Positions 24,511 to 38,165 of a stretch of 64,000 nt of DNA are shown here, one piece after another. How positions within the stretch are numbered: position 1 is the first letter of the stretch; the number at the start of each line of letters is the position of its first letter. The notes under the pieces are model-generated. The model saw nothing but the letters and a program-made list of their open reading frames with translations, did no database searches and was not told the DNA's origin. This DNA is from Octopus sinensis (taxonomy: Eukaryota), in NCBI RefSeq assembly GCF_006345805.1, contig NC_043005.1, positions 63,426,001-63,490,000 on the forward strand, read 5' to 3'. A program made the translations under genes and the position numbers.

Positions 24511-27170
24511 CTAATTAAGAGAAAGTACAACTATGAGAGTGCAGACAAATAATTAATAAAACTAATTAAGGTTTTTATATTCATGTATGTATGAATACAA
24601 TAATTAATAATTACATAATTAAAAATTATATGTATTTTTAGAGACATAATTACATTAATATAATTAATTTAAGAACATATTTTTATTGTGGGATAATTTT
24701 TCTTATTGGTTAGCAGATAAAACATGAAAATAAAATTAGGATTAACTTTATTAATAATTATATGCATTCCTATAGTGGTGCAGTTTTAATTTTTCTTTCA
24801 TTTGCAGAAATTGTCCTGGAAGAAATTATCAAAGGAAATTGTTCTAGAACCAAACTTTATGTCTTACAATAAAATATGAAATGGATAAATCCCTTGATTA
24901 CACTAATATTAGTTTTGAACTTAAATTCACAGCAAACCTCTCATTATGTTGACGTTATTATTGTTCTGTCTCATGTCAGGCTTGTCCATCAGGACTTTGA
25001 TCCAAGACTGCATTCGAAGGTGTTCCAGCCTTGATATCCTATTCTTTACCATAACTTTCCACAACCAAAATCACATTGTCCACAATACTCCACTTCCTTT
25101 TCTGTATGCTATATAAATATCTCTCAGGAAGATATTTAGGTAATGTTTCTAGAATGTCAAAGGGCATTTTAAAGACTCCTTCATTGGCTTGCTGCTTTTT
25201 ATGCTTCTTAGTAGAGAGCTTTACACATTGCATCTCTGTACACAGATTGAATACTTCTGTGGGGCTCATTTGATACTTAAATAATCTGTGTTTCTTTGAT
25301 GTTCAAATCAATATTACTGTTCATCTCTTAAGGCAGCTAGCAACCAGAATCGTTAGCATGCCAGGAAAAATGATTAACAGCATTTTGTCCTTCCTTCAGT
25401 TCTGAGTTCAAATTTCACCAAGGTCGACTTTGTCTTTCACCCTTCTAGGGTTGATAAAATAAGTACCAGTTGAGCATTGGGTTTGATGTAATCATCTTTA
25501 CCTCCTCCCCCGAAATAGCTGGCCTTGTGCCAAAATTTGAGGTTTCTTAGTGGATGAAACTGAAATGTATACTATCTTTTCAATCATTTGGATTTTTGTG
25601 AAAATGATTTGCAGTATGCAATCGCATTCACTTATGTTCTGAGTTCAAATGCAGCTAGAGGTGACTTTTGTTTTTCATGCTTCTGAGGTCAATAAAATAT
25701 GTATCATATAATCCATTTACTGAGCTGAGGTTAGCCATTGATTCATTTCACCAAAGCTGTGCCTTTGAGCCTGTTCTCTGATTCAGCAGACAATAACTAC
25801 ACCATAAAATTCAGCTAAATTCCCTGCTAGATGACACCAGAGTCATGTTGAATACATAACTATATCAACTAGCAACAGAAATATTGCACCATTAATGTTA
25901 GCTTTGCCAAGGAAAAATGATTCTATGATATTGATATTTTAATGAGATCTTAACTTGGGTTTTGATTCATTTCAATTCTATGCAAGGAAAATATTCCCCA
26001 TGTGAAAAAATTTGAATAAGAAAAGTTTTTATATCCGAAGGTAGCATTTCAGTTTGGCCTACGATGTGATATGATTAAAACAAGCTAAAACAACTAAAAG
26101 ATATATTACTAAATACACATATTTTTAGAATTATACATTTTGAGCAAATGCCTTTAGGAAACATTTCAAAATGTTGAAATGGTAACAAAAGAAAATTCAT
26201 ATTAGAAGAAACCATTTCTATGTCAACATGAACATTCTGCTTTGGATATGATGTAGTTCATTGTATCTTTGAATTGCCTTTAAGTTTTGAAATTTTGTTT
26301 AGCTTCCCTATAGTTTTCTTTTTTCTTTTAAGGCTGTCAAGTATTTCTCTGTATTTTTGCATGCATTTTATATTTTGAGTAATGGATGTTGAGGTGGTTA
26401 AATCACTTCACTTCATAATTAATTAAAAATTAAGGCATCGTAATGTAGATAAGGGACATCTAAAAACAAACATGCTATTTACTTTTTTTAAAAATGTATG
26501 ATTTCTACCAAAATGTTTGCTATATTTTATCTTTTTGAGGTTTTCAAATTAGATGCAGACCTTTAAATGCTAGGATTACACAAAAATGTATTGTTTTTAT
26601 GAATGATTACTCTTCTTTAAGTCTAAACAGTATTATCTTGTGCCAAAGTGTTGTGCATTGCATTGGAATGCTCTACATATTTCTTTCCCCAGAATAAATC
26701 TATATAACATTAATTCATTTATTACATGTTGAAAGTACATTGTTCACCACATAAGTAATCTTTATTTTGAGAAGATGTAGAAGCTGAAATATTTCCCTTA
26801 GTAAAGTGTTGTTCCAAAAAAATAGCATTTCTATTTGTAACATATCGATTTGGGATTTGAAAACTAAGAAATAAATTATAGAGTTATTGTATTTGAAATA
26901 GCTACAATATGACGACCTGAGGTAGGAAATAAGAACATACAAGTTTTCATATTGTTATTTCTTGTGTCATTATGTCAGATGTGTGGTTATGTGGTTAAAA
27001 AGCTTGCTTTGCAAATACATAGTATCAGGTTAAATCTCTGTATGGTACCTGGGATAAGTGGCTTTTTTTAAACAATAGCTCATAGCTGACCAATATAAGG
27101 GTCAATAGAGGAAAACTGTAAGAAGCCCATTATATGTGAATGTGTGTGTCTGTGTGTGCATGTATGCATA

Positions 27171-27400
27171 CTCTTATTCTTTTACTTGTTTCAGTCATTT
27201 GACTGTGACCATGCCGGAGCATTGCCTTTAGTTGAGCAAATCGACCCCAGGACTTATTCTTTGTAAGCCTAGTACTTATTCTATTGGTCTCTTTTCATGA
27301 ACCCTAAGTTACGGAGACGTAAACACACCAGCATCGGTTGTCAAGTGATGTTGGGGGGACAAACACAGACACACAAACATATACACACACCTACATATAT
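27171..27400 (-). mobile_element. SINE family A 3' half (its 5' half lies at 29050-29180)
   Basis: Reverse-complement tail and body up to the central microsatellite, then interrupted. Confidence 0.8.
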
Positions 27401-27402
27401 AT

Positions 27403-29004
27403 ATCTCTATATATATAAAACTGAGAATGTGTATCTGTCTGTCTGTCTGTGTGTTTCCTTAAAACTTGAGAACTACACAACCAATTTCATTCAAATTTTA
27501 CACATGCCTTACTTAGGGTCCATGTAGTTTCATGGGCAAAAAAAAATGTTCAATGTCTTGCCTAGGGCGAGCCCATAGCAATATCATATCTTCTCCACTA
27601 TTTCAGTATTACGTGTTAAAAGTGAAACAAAAACATTTCTCTATTTTATGTCAGATACTTTCACTTTAACAATAAAAATTAGAGATAATAATAACAATTG
27701 AATTATATGTAGTAAGTAATAATTAAAATCAAGCTAAAGTATAATAAAATAATTAAATCGTAACATAAAAGTAAAAATAGCAATTGGTATAAAATTGCAT
27801 CAATGACTTGAACAAGTGGTTTCACATGAATGGGAATAAATTAAAAATAAAATCAATGTGCAGAAATGGATTAGTCCAGATGGAGCTGTGCACATACCTT
27901 TTACCACAGCTTTTACATTAGATTATCTGCTAATATATCTATATGAAGTATGGCTGTATGTAATGTCTATTTTCTCGAGCAACCGCTTCTACTGAGTACT
28001 GCTGTTGGTTTATTTCTTATACATAAAGGACTATAGCTTCAACTACGTACTGCTTTTTCATTCACCGTAAGGTTTGCTGTTGTTATTATTACTGTTTAAC
28101 TATTGTTATCATGTTTGTCGGTTCCTCGAAAGGCAAATGTTGTTGTGTTGCATTTGTTAAATAATTGTAAACCATAAACCTCCCCTTTTGGGAGAAGGAG
28201 CTTTGGTTATTGTTTAAAAATTGAATTGTGTCCCTGTTTGGGGACACAATTCAATTTTGACAATATTTTCACCGTTTATATGGAAGCATTTTTGTTAAAA
28301 TGCCTTCAATAGAAGAAAGTCCAAAAATGAATTTCGCTGCAGGCGTCAGTGGGCGCGAACTCATTAAAATTAAAATGGAAGAAATACAAACCTATTTCGG
28401 ATTGATCACCGACAAAGACAGTGAATCTAGGATAACACCACCAAACGAAATAAAAAATTAAATTAAAGGAAAGACTATTGTCTATAAAGTATACGATGTA
28501 GAGAAAAAAAAAGATTTGAACACCTGAAGAAAAGCACCATCGAAAAGTGTCTTGGTGCGACCATGAAAGATATCAAGTATCTAACCAGAGGCGGTAAATT
28601 CGCCACAATAGAAGCAAGGTCCGAGTCAATGGAGCATGCAAGGGAGTACCCGACTCAAACCTTGCAAAGTGGAAATATTTTATTTTCACCTTTATATCTG
28701 GGACGTAGGACATCCCGGATAAGAATTAAAAATGTCCCCCCAGAAGTAGAGGTAGGCTGGATTGTAGCCACACTTCTATACAAGAGGGAGGACAAGATAC
28801 AATTGATCGAAATTGCAAGAGATGGGCCTACAATTCCAGTCTGTTATATATTTTGCGTATTGTTATCACTAGCGATATCAAGATATAACTTTATATTTTA
28901 TGTGTAGATGTATATATATAGATGTACATGTAATATGTACACATATATATACACATATATCATGCACTAGTACTATGACCCGGCAATGACAGGTCATAAT
29001 GCTA

Positions 29005-29006
<2 letters not shown>
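27403..29006 (+). mobile_element. Helitron/DINE-like non-autonomous composite element
   Basis: 5' atctctatatatataaaa followed by (TCTG)n; 3' hairpin tatgacc/ggtcata (28974-28998) followed by CTAGT. That the two ends belong to one element is inferred. Confidence 0.45.
27985..28840 (+). pseudogene. LINE (L1/Tx1-like) 5' UTR plus ORF1 N-terminal remnant, 3'-truncated
   Basis: ATG at 28300: MPSIEESPKMNF...; one stop and an A-run frameshift; then MKDIKYLTRGGKFATIE...LYLGRRTSRIRIKNVPPEV (RRM-like ORF1 pattern). Clade assignment is by resemblance. Confidence 0.55.
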
Positions 29007-29049
<43 letters not shown>

Positions 29050-29051
<2 letters not shown>

Positions 29052-29180
29052 TATATATGACGGGCTTCTTTCAGTTTCTGTCTACAAAATCCACTCACAA
29101 GGCTTTGGTGGGCCCAAGGCTATAGTAGAAGACACTTGCCCAAGGTGCCACGCAGTGGGACTGAACCTGAAACCATGCAA
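29050..29180 (-). mobile_element. SINE family A 5' half
   Basis: gacgggcttctttcagtttctgtctac...gactgaacctgaaaccatg. Confidence 0.8.
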
Positions 29181-29399
29181 ATTTATGTTCCGTGCTTGAC
29201 TCTACTTAAGTGAACTAATATGGTTTCTTTGTGCTTTCATGACCAGCAGAATAAAAATATCCCTTATTTGGAAAACAGGTAAGGACTGACAACAGGAAAC
29301 ATACAAACAGTAAAATCCTGCCTTAAATCAACCTAAAGCCATCCTAACATGGAAAACTACCGTATTTCCGTTAACCTATGCTGTCTTTGTTTCAATGAA

Positions 29400-29967
29400 A
29401 TTTTAAAATAATATGCCAGGGGTGTAACCAGCCCACTTATGCATACCTGGACACTAAACTCTGCTTGCAAAGACCTGTTGAGGCAAGTGAAATCGAAATC
29501 GAAATGAAATTCGATGACTGGCATCCGTGCTAGTGGAGCGCTAAGAGCACCATCGAGCGTGATCATTGCCAGAGTGGCCAACTGGCTTCCATGCTGGTGG
29601 CACGTAAAAAGCACCATTCGAGTGTGATCATTACCAGTGTCGCCTTACTGGCACATGGAAAAACATTTGAGTGAGGTCATTGCCAGTGCCGCCAGACTGG
29701 ATCCTGTGCAGGTGGCATGTAAAAAACACAATTTGAGTATGGCTATTGCCAGTACCACCTGACTGGTCCTCATGCCAGTAGCACGTAAAAGCACCCACTA
29801 CACTCTCAGAGTGGTTGGCGTTAGGAAGGGCATCCAGCTGTAGGAACTCTGTCAGATCAAGATTGGAGCCTGGTGCAGCCATCTGATTCACCAGTCCTCA
29901 GTCAAATCGCCCAACCTATGCTAGCATGGAAAGCAGACGTTAAACGATGATGATGATGATGATGATG
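29400..29967 (+). mobile_element. RTE 3'-UTR-derived repeat with tandem ggcacgtaaaaagcacc units and (GAT)n tail
   Basis: Four to five ~50-bp units, then ctctcagagtggttggcgttaggaagggcatccagc...aaacgatgatgat. Confidence 0.8.
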
Positions 29968-30378
29968 AAGAATGTAATAAAATAACTTACAAATTATTAA
30001 GCTGGAGACAGGAACAATTTAGCATAGAATTTTGATGGAAGATTATAATATAGATGACTCTGAAACTAAGTTTCAAGTCATAGAACTTGGCTGGCACCAG
30101 GTGGTTGATACGAAAAGGGATGAATAGTATCAATATGTTCTGGAATCATATTCACTGAGGTTAGCTTGCCTTTCTCCTTTCTAGGTTTAATAAAACAAGT
30201 ACCATTCAACTACTTGAGTACAGTACTCCTTCCTACACACTTGTGGCATCATTAAAAATCTTTATATTTTTCAGAAGAGGCACGAAAGAAGAATTGTTTA
30301 ATCTAACTACAGAAATCAGTATACACTGAAAACGTTTGGATCTTTTCAAAGTGAAACATAATTTATGTCTTTAATTCA

Positions 30379-30808
30379 ATCTATATATATAAAGCTGAAG
30401 TTGTGTGTGTGTGGCAGGTTTGGTAGCCTTCAACTAACACTATCTCCTCCGAGACCCTGTGGTGCAAGTTGACCAAAATTGAGAGTATGATAGAAGAAGG
30501 CTTGCTCTTCATTCTGTAGAAGAAAAAATTCAAATCAGACCCTGTTAAGACCAAAAATTATTTACATCAAAAAGGTGCCATTTTCTATGAAAATCCCCAT
30601 TTTTTACGATTTTTGGGCTGCTGTGTCACCATTTTTCGGTGTATTTCAACCAGAAAAATGTTCACTTAAAGAGAATAACAAGCTACATAATGCAAAATTT
30701 TTACTTTTCAAAAATATATTTCAAAACGTTATTAATGTGACATCAAAGTCTGCCATTTTATGCACAACTAAAAAACAAACCCAAGCAATGCCGGGCTATA
30801 TTGTTAGT
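30379..30808 (+). mobile_element. Helitron/DINE-like non-autonomous element
   Basis: 5' atctatatatataaa; 3' ccaagcaatgccggg hairpin plus ttagt; inverted homologue at 36697-37146. Confidence 0.7.
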
Positions 30809-31142
30809 GTTACTATATTTTTAGTTACACAAAACAAACATGGCTGTATGGTTAAGAACTTGCTTCCCAACTATTTGACCTTGGGCTTAGTTCCACTGTG
30901 TAACACTTTGGGAAAGGTCTTCAACCCTAGATTTGGTGCACAGAAACTGAAAGAAGCATGGCTTATATATTACATATATATAATGCATATGATAGAATAA
31001 GTAGCTGGCTTTTAAAAGTAATACTGGGGATGATTTGTTTGGTTAAACCCTTCAAGGTAGTGCTCCAGCATGGCTGCAGTCCAGTGACTGAAACAAATAA
31101 AATATAAATGCTAAAAGATAAGAGATGAAGATAAAACATAGG

Positions 31143-31545
31143 CACAGGAGTGGCTATGTGGTAAGTAGCTTGCTTACCAACCACATGATTCCGGGTTCAG
31201 TCCCACTGCATGGCATCTTGGGCAAGTGTCTTCTACTATAGCCTTGGGCCAACCAAAGCCTTGTGAGTGGATTTGGTAGATGGAAACTAAAAGAAGCCTG
31301 TCGTATATATGTATATATATATATATGTGTGTGTGTGAGTATATGTTTGTGTGTCTGTGCTTGTCCCCCAACAACTGATGCTGGTGTGTCTACATTCCCG
31401 ACACTTAGTGGTTCGGCAAAAGAGACTGATAGAATAAGTACTAGGCTTACAAAGAATAAGTCCTGGGGGTCGATTTGCTCTACTAAAGGTGGTGCTCCAG
31501 CATGATCACAGTCAAATGACTGAAACAAGTAAAAGAATAAAAGTG
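31143..31545 (+). mobile_element. SINE family A, full length
   Basis: Head-to-tail match to 756-1155. Confidence 0.9.
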
Positions 31546-33009
31546 AATCTATTCTTCAGTCTAATAGCAAAAAGCTGTATGAAGAATTTTTGCAAGTATT
31601 AATGACTGGAGGTATTGTGTTTTACTAAAATGCTCTAAAAATTCTGCAAAGATCACATATTCTAATTAGAAACATTATTATGAAATGTTCCTTGATTTAT
31701 CAGTCACATTGGCTAGTTATATGTCATATGAGAACAAAATTTATTGATGCGTTGCTTTTCTTATCTGTTCTGTTTGACTACAGGAAATACATTCTGATGC
31801 ACATTGCATTAATATTCAATAAGCCTCCTATTTGCGCCTGCATCTAAGAAATCTTTTCAAAACACTTGTGCGTACAACTGATGGCTGGATATTTCTCCTT
31901 GAATTTAACGTTAGTAAAATCTCTGCATAAAAATCTACCAACCACATCAGTTGCTAGTGTCATTGATGTGTCACACAAATCACGAAAGAGTGAAATAACT
32001 CTGTAATACTTTATTGCTTTTGTGCTTTGTGTTCAACATTAAGCTTATCTCCGAAACATGATATGCTGAAATAATTGTATTGTTTGTTATATGCAATGAA
32101 GCTCGACAAACCTCAATTATTTGTTGAGTTCTGAGAAGAATTATAGTTTGCAAGCACGTAGATTCTATCTTGTGGGTGATATCATGTTTTGTTTAGATTT
32201 TCTTATTCTTCTTGTTATTCTTAACTTTGATTCTGTTATGGTGATCCCTCAGTAATTTGATTCAAAAGTAAAGAAGACAGCATACATTCTTGAGTAGGTG
32301 TATTCACTTACATTTTTAAGATGCATTCTTCTAACTTGCTATTATTTCTTAGCTTTCCTTTCTCTCCTACACTTATTCTTTCTTAAGTTTTCTATATATT
32401 GATATAATTTTCTGCTGAGAGATAAGTTCTTGAGTATGATTTATATACATGTCTATTGTTATGAATCTTTGTCTCTCACTCTTCCATTCTGTCTTTTCTT
32501 GCTCACACTTATGGTTTATATTTCTAAGGGCTTCTCTTGTTGTATCTACAGTATAGTGATCTTGGTATTTAAACCGAAGTTAGAAAAAAAGAGATGCTAA
32601 AATAAATTTGAAAGAGGGAGAGAGAGAGAGAGAGAAAGAATGGGGGACCAGATAGTGAAACAGAAAATGAAAAGTCAAATCAAAAGATTTGTAGATATTT
32701 TAAATAAAGGCAAGTAAAATATTTTATATGAAGGCTAGAGAAACAAAAACTAAAGAAATACAGAAAAGCATATGGACATTGATAAAGGAATGGAGAAACA
32801 TTTAGAGTAAGAGATAAGAAATAGCATTAATGAGATTAAAGATAGTTAATCTGAGAAGAGAAAACAGCTATGTTTTTACATATTTATCCTCTTTTATATA
32901 GTAATATCACTGTACTTCTGTATCTGTTTGTTGTTTTGCGTTTACTAGTTGTGCTCTTTAGCTTTTAGTCCATTCATTCATTCATATATATATATCATCA
33001 TCATCATAG

Positions 33010-33300
33010 TGTGGAGGCGCAATGGCCCAGTGGTTAGGGCACCAGACTCGCGGTCGCAGTTTTGATTCGCAGACCAGATGTTGTGAGTGTCTATTGAGCG
33101 AAAACACCTAAAACTCCATGAGGCTCTGGCAGGGGGGGGGGGCGATCCCTACTGTACTCTTTCGCCACAACTTTCTCTCACTCTTTCTTCTGTTGGCCTG
33201 CTTGCTTAGCCAATGAGGTGGCATCATTAGAAGCCCAAAACAATGCGAAGCGCATTGTGACCAGCGATGTGTAGCAACATCTGATAGTCTGGTCGGTCAT
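33010..33300 (+). mobile_element. tRNA-derived SINE family C (head shared with family D)
   Basis: gtggaggcgcaatggcccagtggttaggg (A box) ... ttttgattcgcagacc (degenerate B box); ctttctctcactcttt segment shared with family D. Confidence 0.75.
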
Positions 33301-34117
33301 GGTGATCAAGGTGATATACATAGTCAATAAAACATATATCAAAAATGAAGCACACTCTAAAGAATAGAGTAGTAATTATTACAATGGAGCTTCCAGTACA
33401 AATACCAAGCAGTATAATATATTTCCAAATTTCTGGCAGAGTGAATTGCATTGTGGTGCTATTTTTCTCACAGACTGTGCCCAACTGACCCTACTATACT
33501 GTGTAGTTGAGAAACTCTAAAATAAATAATATATCACACCCCACTCCTTTTCACTCTCTCAATTACCATATCTATATGCCTCTTTCCCTCTTTCTGTATT
33601 CCCATTCTTTCAATAGTTTTCTTATATTTCAAAATAGCCCTATATTGAGATATATGCAAAATAATTTAATTCTAATACTTATCATTACAGCTTTCTTTAA
33701 GATTGAAGCTGATTGCTTAAGTATTTATCTATGATTATGAAATTTGATAAATCGTGCCATCATCTCTGATTTGTGAGTTTTATCACTTGCCTGTTGTTCT
33801 TTTCAAATGCATCATATATATTGTGAGCATTAAATCTGAGTTTCAAATTCTATAGCAAGGGCATCATTATTTTTAAGCAGGGCTTTTTTCACAGAAAATT
33901 GTTACTGATAATGAAATTAGTAATAACTATATACACCAAGTGTGAGCACAGGTGTGGCTGTGTGGTAAGAAGTTTGCTTCCTAACCACATGATTCAGGGT
34001 TCGATCCCACAGCAAGGCAGCTTTGGTAAGTGTCTCCTACAATAGACTCAGGCCAACCAAAGCCTTGTGAGTGGATTTGGTTGATGGAAACTGGAAGAAG
34101 CCCATTACATGTATAAT

Positions 34118-34158
<41 letters not shown>

Positions 34159-34422
34159 GTCCATAGATGAGATAAAGATATTCTTCATATAGAATACACT
34201 TAGTAGGGCTCAAGAGATTTAAACTCAAGCAGATATAGAAGAAAAAGTAAGGATAAACATGTTGGACAGGTCAATATATAAAGTACATCAAATACATTAA
34301 ATACAAAAATTGTATATATGTTTACATACAAAGTGGTTCAACTTACACAGAATACAAATCATACAGAGAATTAAAGGGGATGAGGAACAATATTACAGTA
34401 TTGTTAAATATAACAGTATCAT

Positions 34423-34454
<32 letters not shown>

Positions 34455-34667
34455 CGTGTGCGTGCATGTATATATCTATGTGTGTGTCTTTGTCTGTGGT
34501 TGCCCTTCCCCCACTTTTTGACGACTAGTGTTGGTGTGTTTACGTCACTCTAACTTACTGGTTCGGGATCAGAGACCGATAGCATAAGCACCAATACTTT
34601 CAAAATAAGTACTGGGGTCAATTCTTTTGATTAAAATGTTCTTCAAGTCCTATTATATACATATGTA

Positions 34668-34828
34668 TAGGGTAAAGACCCCCTTTAGTCATGAATGACC
34701 ATGGGATTGCACCTATAAAGTTACCTTCTGAGAGACAAGTCCAGGCAAGGTTGTTTATGGAAGACCATCAATCACCTGGCACACCAGCTTTTCCTCTCTT
34801 ATCAGCCCAAAGCCCTAACCACTAAGCC

Positions 34829-34859
<31 letters not shown>

Positions 34860-34980
34860 ATTATGTAGCCAGGATGACCGATTGTCTTCAATAAAAAACC
34901 TTGCTTGGACTTGTGCTTCAGAGGGTAACCATCTAGGTGCAATCCCATGGTCATTCATGATCAAAGGTGGTCTTTACCCT
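34668..34980. repeat. Inverted pair of SINE family E 3' ends (34668-34782 and 34868-34980) around (TA)n
   Basis: gggtaaagacc..gaccatgggattgcacc versus ggtgcaatcccatggtc..ggtctttaccc; roughly 85% complementary by eye. Confidence 0.8.
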
Positions 34981-36044
34981 TTACCACATATATATGTATA
35001 TAACAGGCAAATTACAAAATAGAAGGCTATACAATACATGTAGCTTCAAACATAGACCTTAATACACAGAAATTTAAAAACAGAAACATCCTTATTTTTT
35101 GATGTTATAAATATCAAATTATGAGTAAGCTTTCCTGCACAATATAATGAATTATTAACATGACTATTGAAACAGAACAAATATAAGTTTTTTTTTTCAG
35201 AAACGTAAGCAAGTATAATCCTAAATACACATTTATATATCTTAATAAATGCTTTGGAAATGGTTGCCAATCATCCTCTTGTAAAATAATTTTGAATGTG
35301 TCAAAGATGTAATATATTTGACCTCCACAGAGAATTAGCAGTAACTTCTGTAACATATAAACATAAATAAAGAAAGCAAAACCTTTTTGCAAAATACATT
35401 GCAATACATTTCTTAATGTCATTGCAAAACATTTCTTAAATTTCATTGTAAAACTGAATTTAATTTAGGAATATTTTCTTTCTTTTCCATCTAAATTATA
35501 TTTATATATAATTTTATAATCAGATGGGAAATTAACATTTTCTCTCTCTAGAAATTGAATTATATAATGAAAAAAGAAACTATAATAATTTGCTCTGAAA
35601 TTTACTTAAAAAGAACTAGGATCCCTAAGGATTCTGTTTTCTAAAGTTAGGAAAATATATATATCTTTGCTTGAAGATTTTCAATATCTCAATGACAGGG
35701 GCAGGGAAAATATATCAAATTTATACACAGTATTTTTGACCTTTAAATGTAAAGCAAAATTTGATCAACAGAAAGTTTCAGGTTTTTTTGTGATAAACTG
35801 GGTTGGCAAAAATTTGGTTTCTAATTCAAATATGAAAGGATTAGGGATGGTCAAGAGGACAGTAGTATTAACACTGACATAATGACTGGTCAATGTCAAG
35901 TAGCCACAACAGGATTAAACTTTTTTATTCCAACCAACTTGTTAGTATCACTGGTTATATAACACAAACTTCCTGTATTTTAGACACAATTCACCTTTGT
36001 AATTATATAGGCACAAAGCTTGAATTTTGTAGAGATAGACTATT

Positions 36045-36303
36045 TGATTTCAGTAGTGCCTCGTGCCGGTGGCACGTAAAAAGCACCATCTGTTCGTGGC
36101 CATTGCCAGCGTCGCCTGGCCCTTGTGCCGGTGGCACATAAAAAGCACCATCCGATTGTGACCGTTTGCCAGACTCGTCTGGCACCTGTGCCAGTGGCAC
36201 AGATCAGACTGGGCCTGGTGCAGCCTTCTGGCTCCCCAGACCCCAGTTGAACCGTCCAACCCATGCTAGCATGGAAAGCGGACGCTAAACGATGATGATG
36301 ATG
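36045..36303 (+). mobile_element. RTE 3'-UTR-derived repeat, CpG-retaining (young)
   Basis: gtgccggtggcacgtaaaaagcacc units plus aaacgatgatgatgatg tail. Confidence 0.8.
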
Positions 36304-36696
36304 AATCCCTGTGCTCAACTGGTGCTTATTTTATTAACCCTGAAAGGATGAATGGCAATGTTAACCTTGATGACTTTTGTACTCAATACATAAAACTAAA
36401 AGAAATGTCTCTAAGCAATTTTACTAGCAAGGTAGTGTTCCTGCTTAGTCTCCAGTTCATCAGCCTATTAGTTAACAAGCTTATTTTCTAAATTCTTCAT
36501 TATTTTAAAACTTATTAGACATAGAAGTAGTGTATTTTAGCAGAAATATGGTAACAAAATGGTTAAGGAGTAAAAGACAAGACTGAAAAACTTCCAGTAT
36601 GAAAGTGGATTTGTCCAGCAGTGGACTGGTACATTTTGTCTTTAACTTTTTACCCTTTATGTATGAACATATGTATGTGTGTGTATATATATGTAT

Positions 36697-37146
36697 ACTA
36701 GCCCGGCGTTGCTTGTGTTTGTTTTTTAGTGGCACTTAAAACGGCAGACTTAGATGTCATGTTAACAAAGTTTTGTCCGCTCAAAACCAATGACATTACA
36801 AAAAAATTCTTTTCGAAAACTTTAGAATTTTGCATTATGTAGCTTGTTATTCTCTTTAAGTGAACATTTTTCTGGTTGAAATACACTGGAAAATGACGAC
36901 ACAACAGTCAAAAAAATCATAAAAAATAGGGATTTTCATAGAAAAAAGTACCATTTTCATGCAAATAATTTTTGATCTTAATATAGTCCGATGTGAATTT
37001 TTTCTTCTACAGAATAAAGAGCAAGCCTTCTTCTATCATGCTCTCAATTTTGGTCAACCTGCACTGCAGTCTCTCAGAGGAGATAATGTTAGTTGAAGGA
37101 TACCAAACCTGCCACACACACAGACATCTTCAGCTTTATATATATA
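36697..37146 (-). mobile_element. Helitron/DINE-like non-autonomous element
   Basis: actagcccggcgttgct start and cagctttatatatat end are the reverse complement of 30379-30808. Confidence 0.7.
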
Positions 37147-38021
37147 TATACATATACACAAATGCATATACAGACCAATGAGTTAGTGGTTTGTGTCTTG
37201 TCACCAATAATTATGCTGTTATCTATAAGGCATCATGCTGGCAGAATCATTAGCATGCTGGGGGTAAACTGCTTCTAAGTTCAAAATCCATTGAGATCAA
37301 CTTTGTCTTTCATCCTTTACAGAGTCAATAGAATAAATACCAGTTAACCACTGGGGTTAATGTAATTGACCCAACAAAATTACTGGCCATGTGCCAAAAT
37401 TTGAAATCAATAATTATGCTATTTCTATATGAAGCATACTAACTTCTTTAAAACCAATTCACCCTTGATGTAAGAAGGCACCACAAGATTTTGAGATTTC
37501 ACAATGGCAGCACTACAAACATTGACGAATGCTTAAGAGTCTTATTAGATTATTATAATATAATGTATCTTAATTAATTAATAATGATGTCATTAGTTAC
37601 AGGATTTCTAACATGATCATTAGTTCACTGTATTTATGGCAATGAAATCAACAAGGGATTGTCTGGGTAAATTGGCAGAACTTGCATCTGTTCAGTTAAT
37701 GTCAATTTGATGGAGGGAGTGAGCTAATGTACAGCACTATAAACAAATCATTATCACAGTGGCACTCCAGCATGGCCACAGTCAAATGACTGACACAAGT
37801 AAGAGAGTAATAATAATCATTTCTGTTATAGACACAAGGCCTGAAACTGTGGGGAAGGGGCTAACTGATTATATCAATTCCAGTACTAAACTGGTATTTA
37901 TTTTATCAACCATGAAATGAGAGGCAAAGTCGATCTCAGCAGAATTTGAATTCAGAATGTAAAGACAGACAAAATGCTGCTAAACATTTTGCTCGGTGTA
38001 CTAATGATTCTGTCAGCTTAA

Positions 38022-38165
38022 AGAAAGAAAGAAAAAGAAGAAAAAGGAGGAGGAGCAGAAGAAGAAGGAGAGCAAGAAGAAGAAGGAGGAGAACGAGAAG
38101 AAGACAGAGAAAAAGGAGAAGAAGAAGAAGAAGAAAAAGAGGAGGAGAAGAAGAAGATGATGATT
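38022..38165. repeat. Polypurine (GAA/GGA)n tract
   Basis: Direct inspection; followed by (GCA)n(ACA)n. Confidence 0.95.

Noticed and set aside
32190-32870. Pyrimidine-rich block followed by purine-rich block (possible ancient fold-back)
   Set aside because: No specific complementary alignment found by eye; compositional only.
9260-33080. tRNA genes at SINE heads (9260-9330, 20115-20190, 33010-33080)
   Set aside because: A and B boxes are present, but the sequences run into SINE bodies and I could not close a proper acceptor stem.
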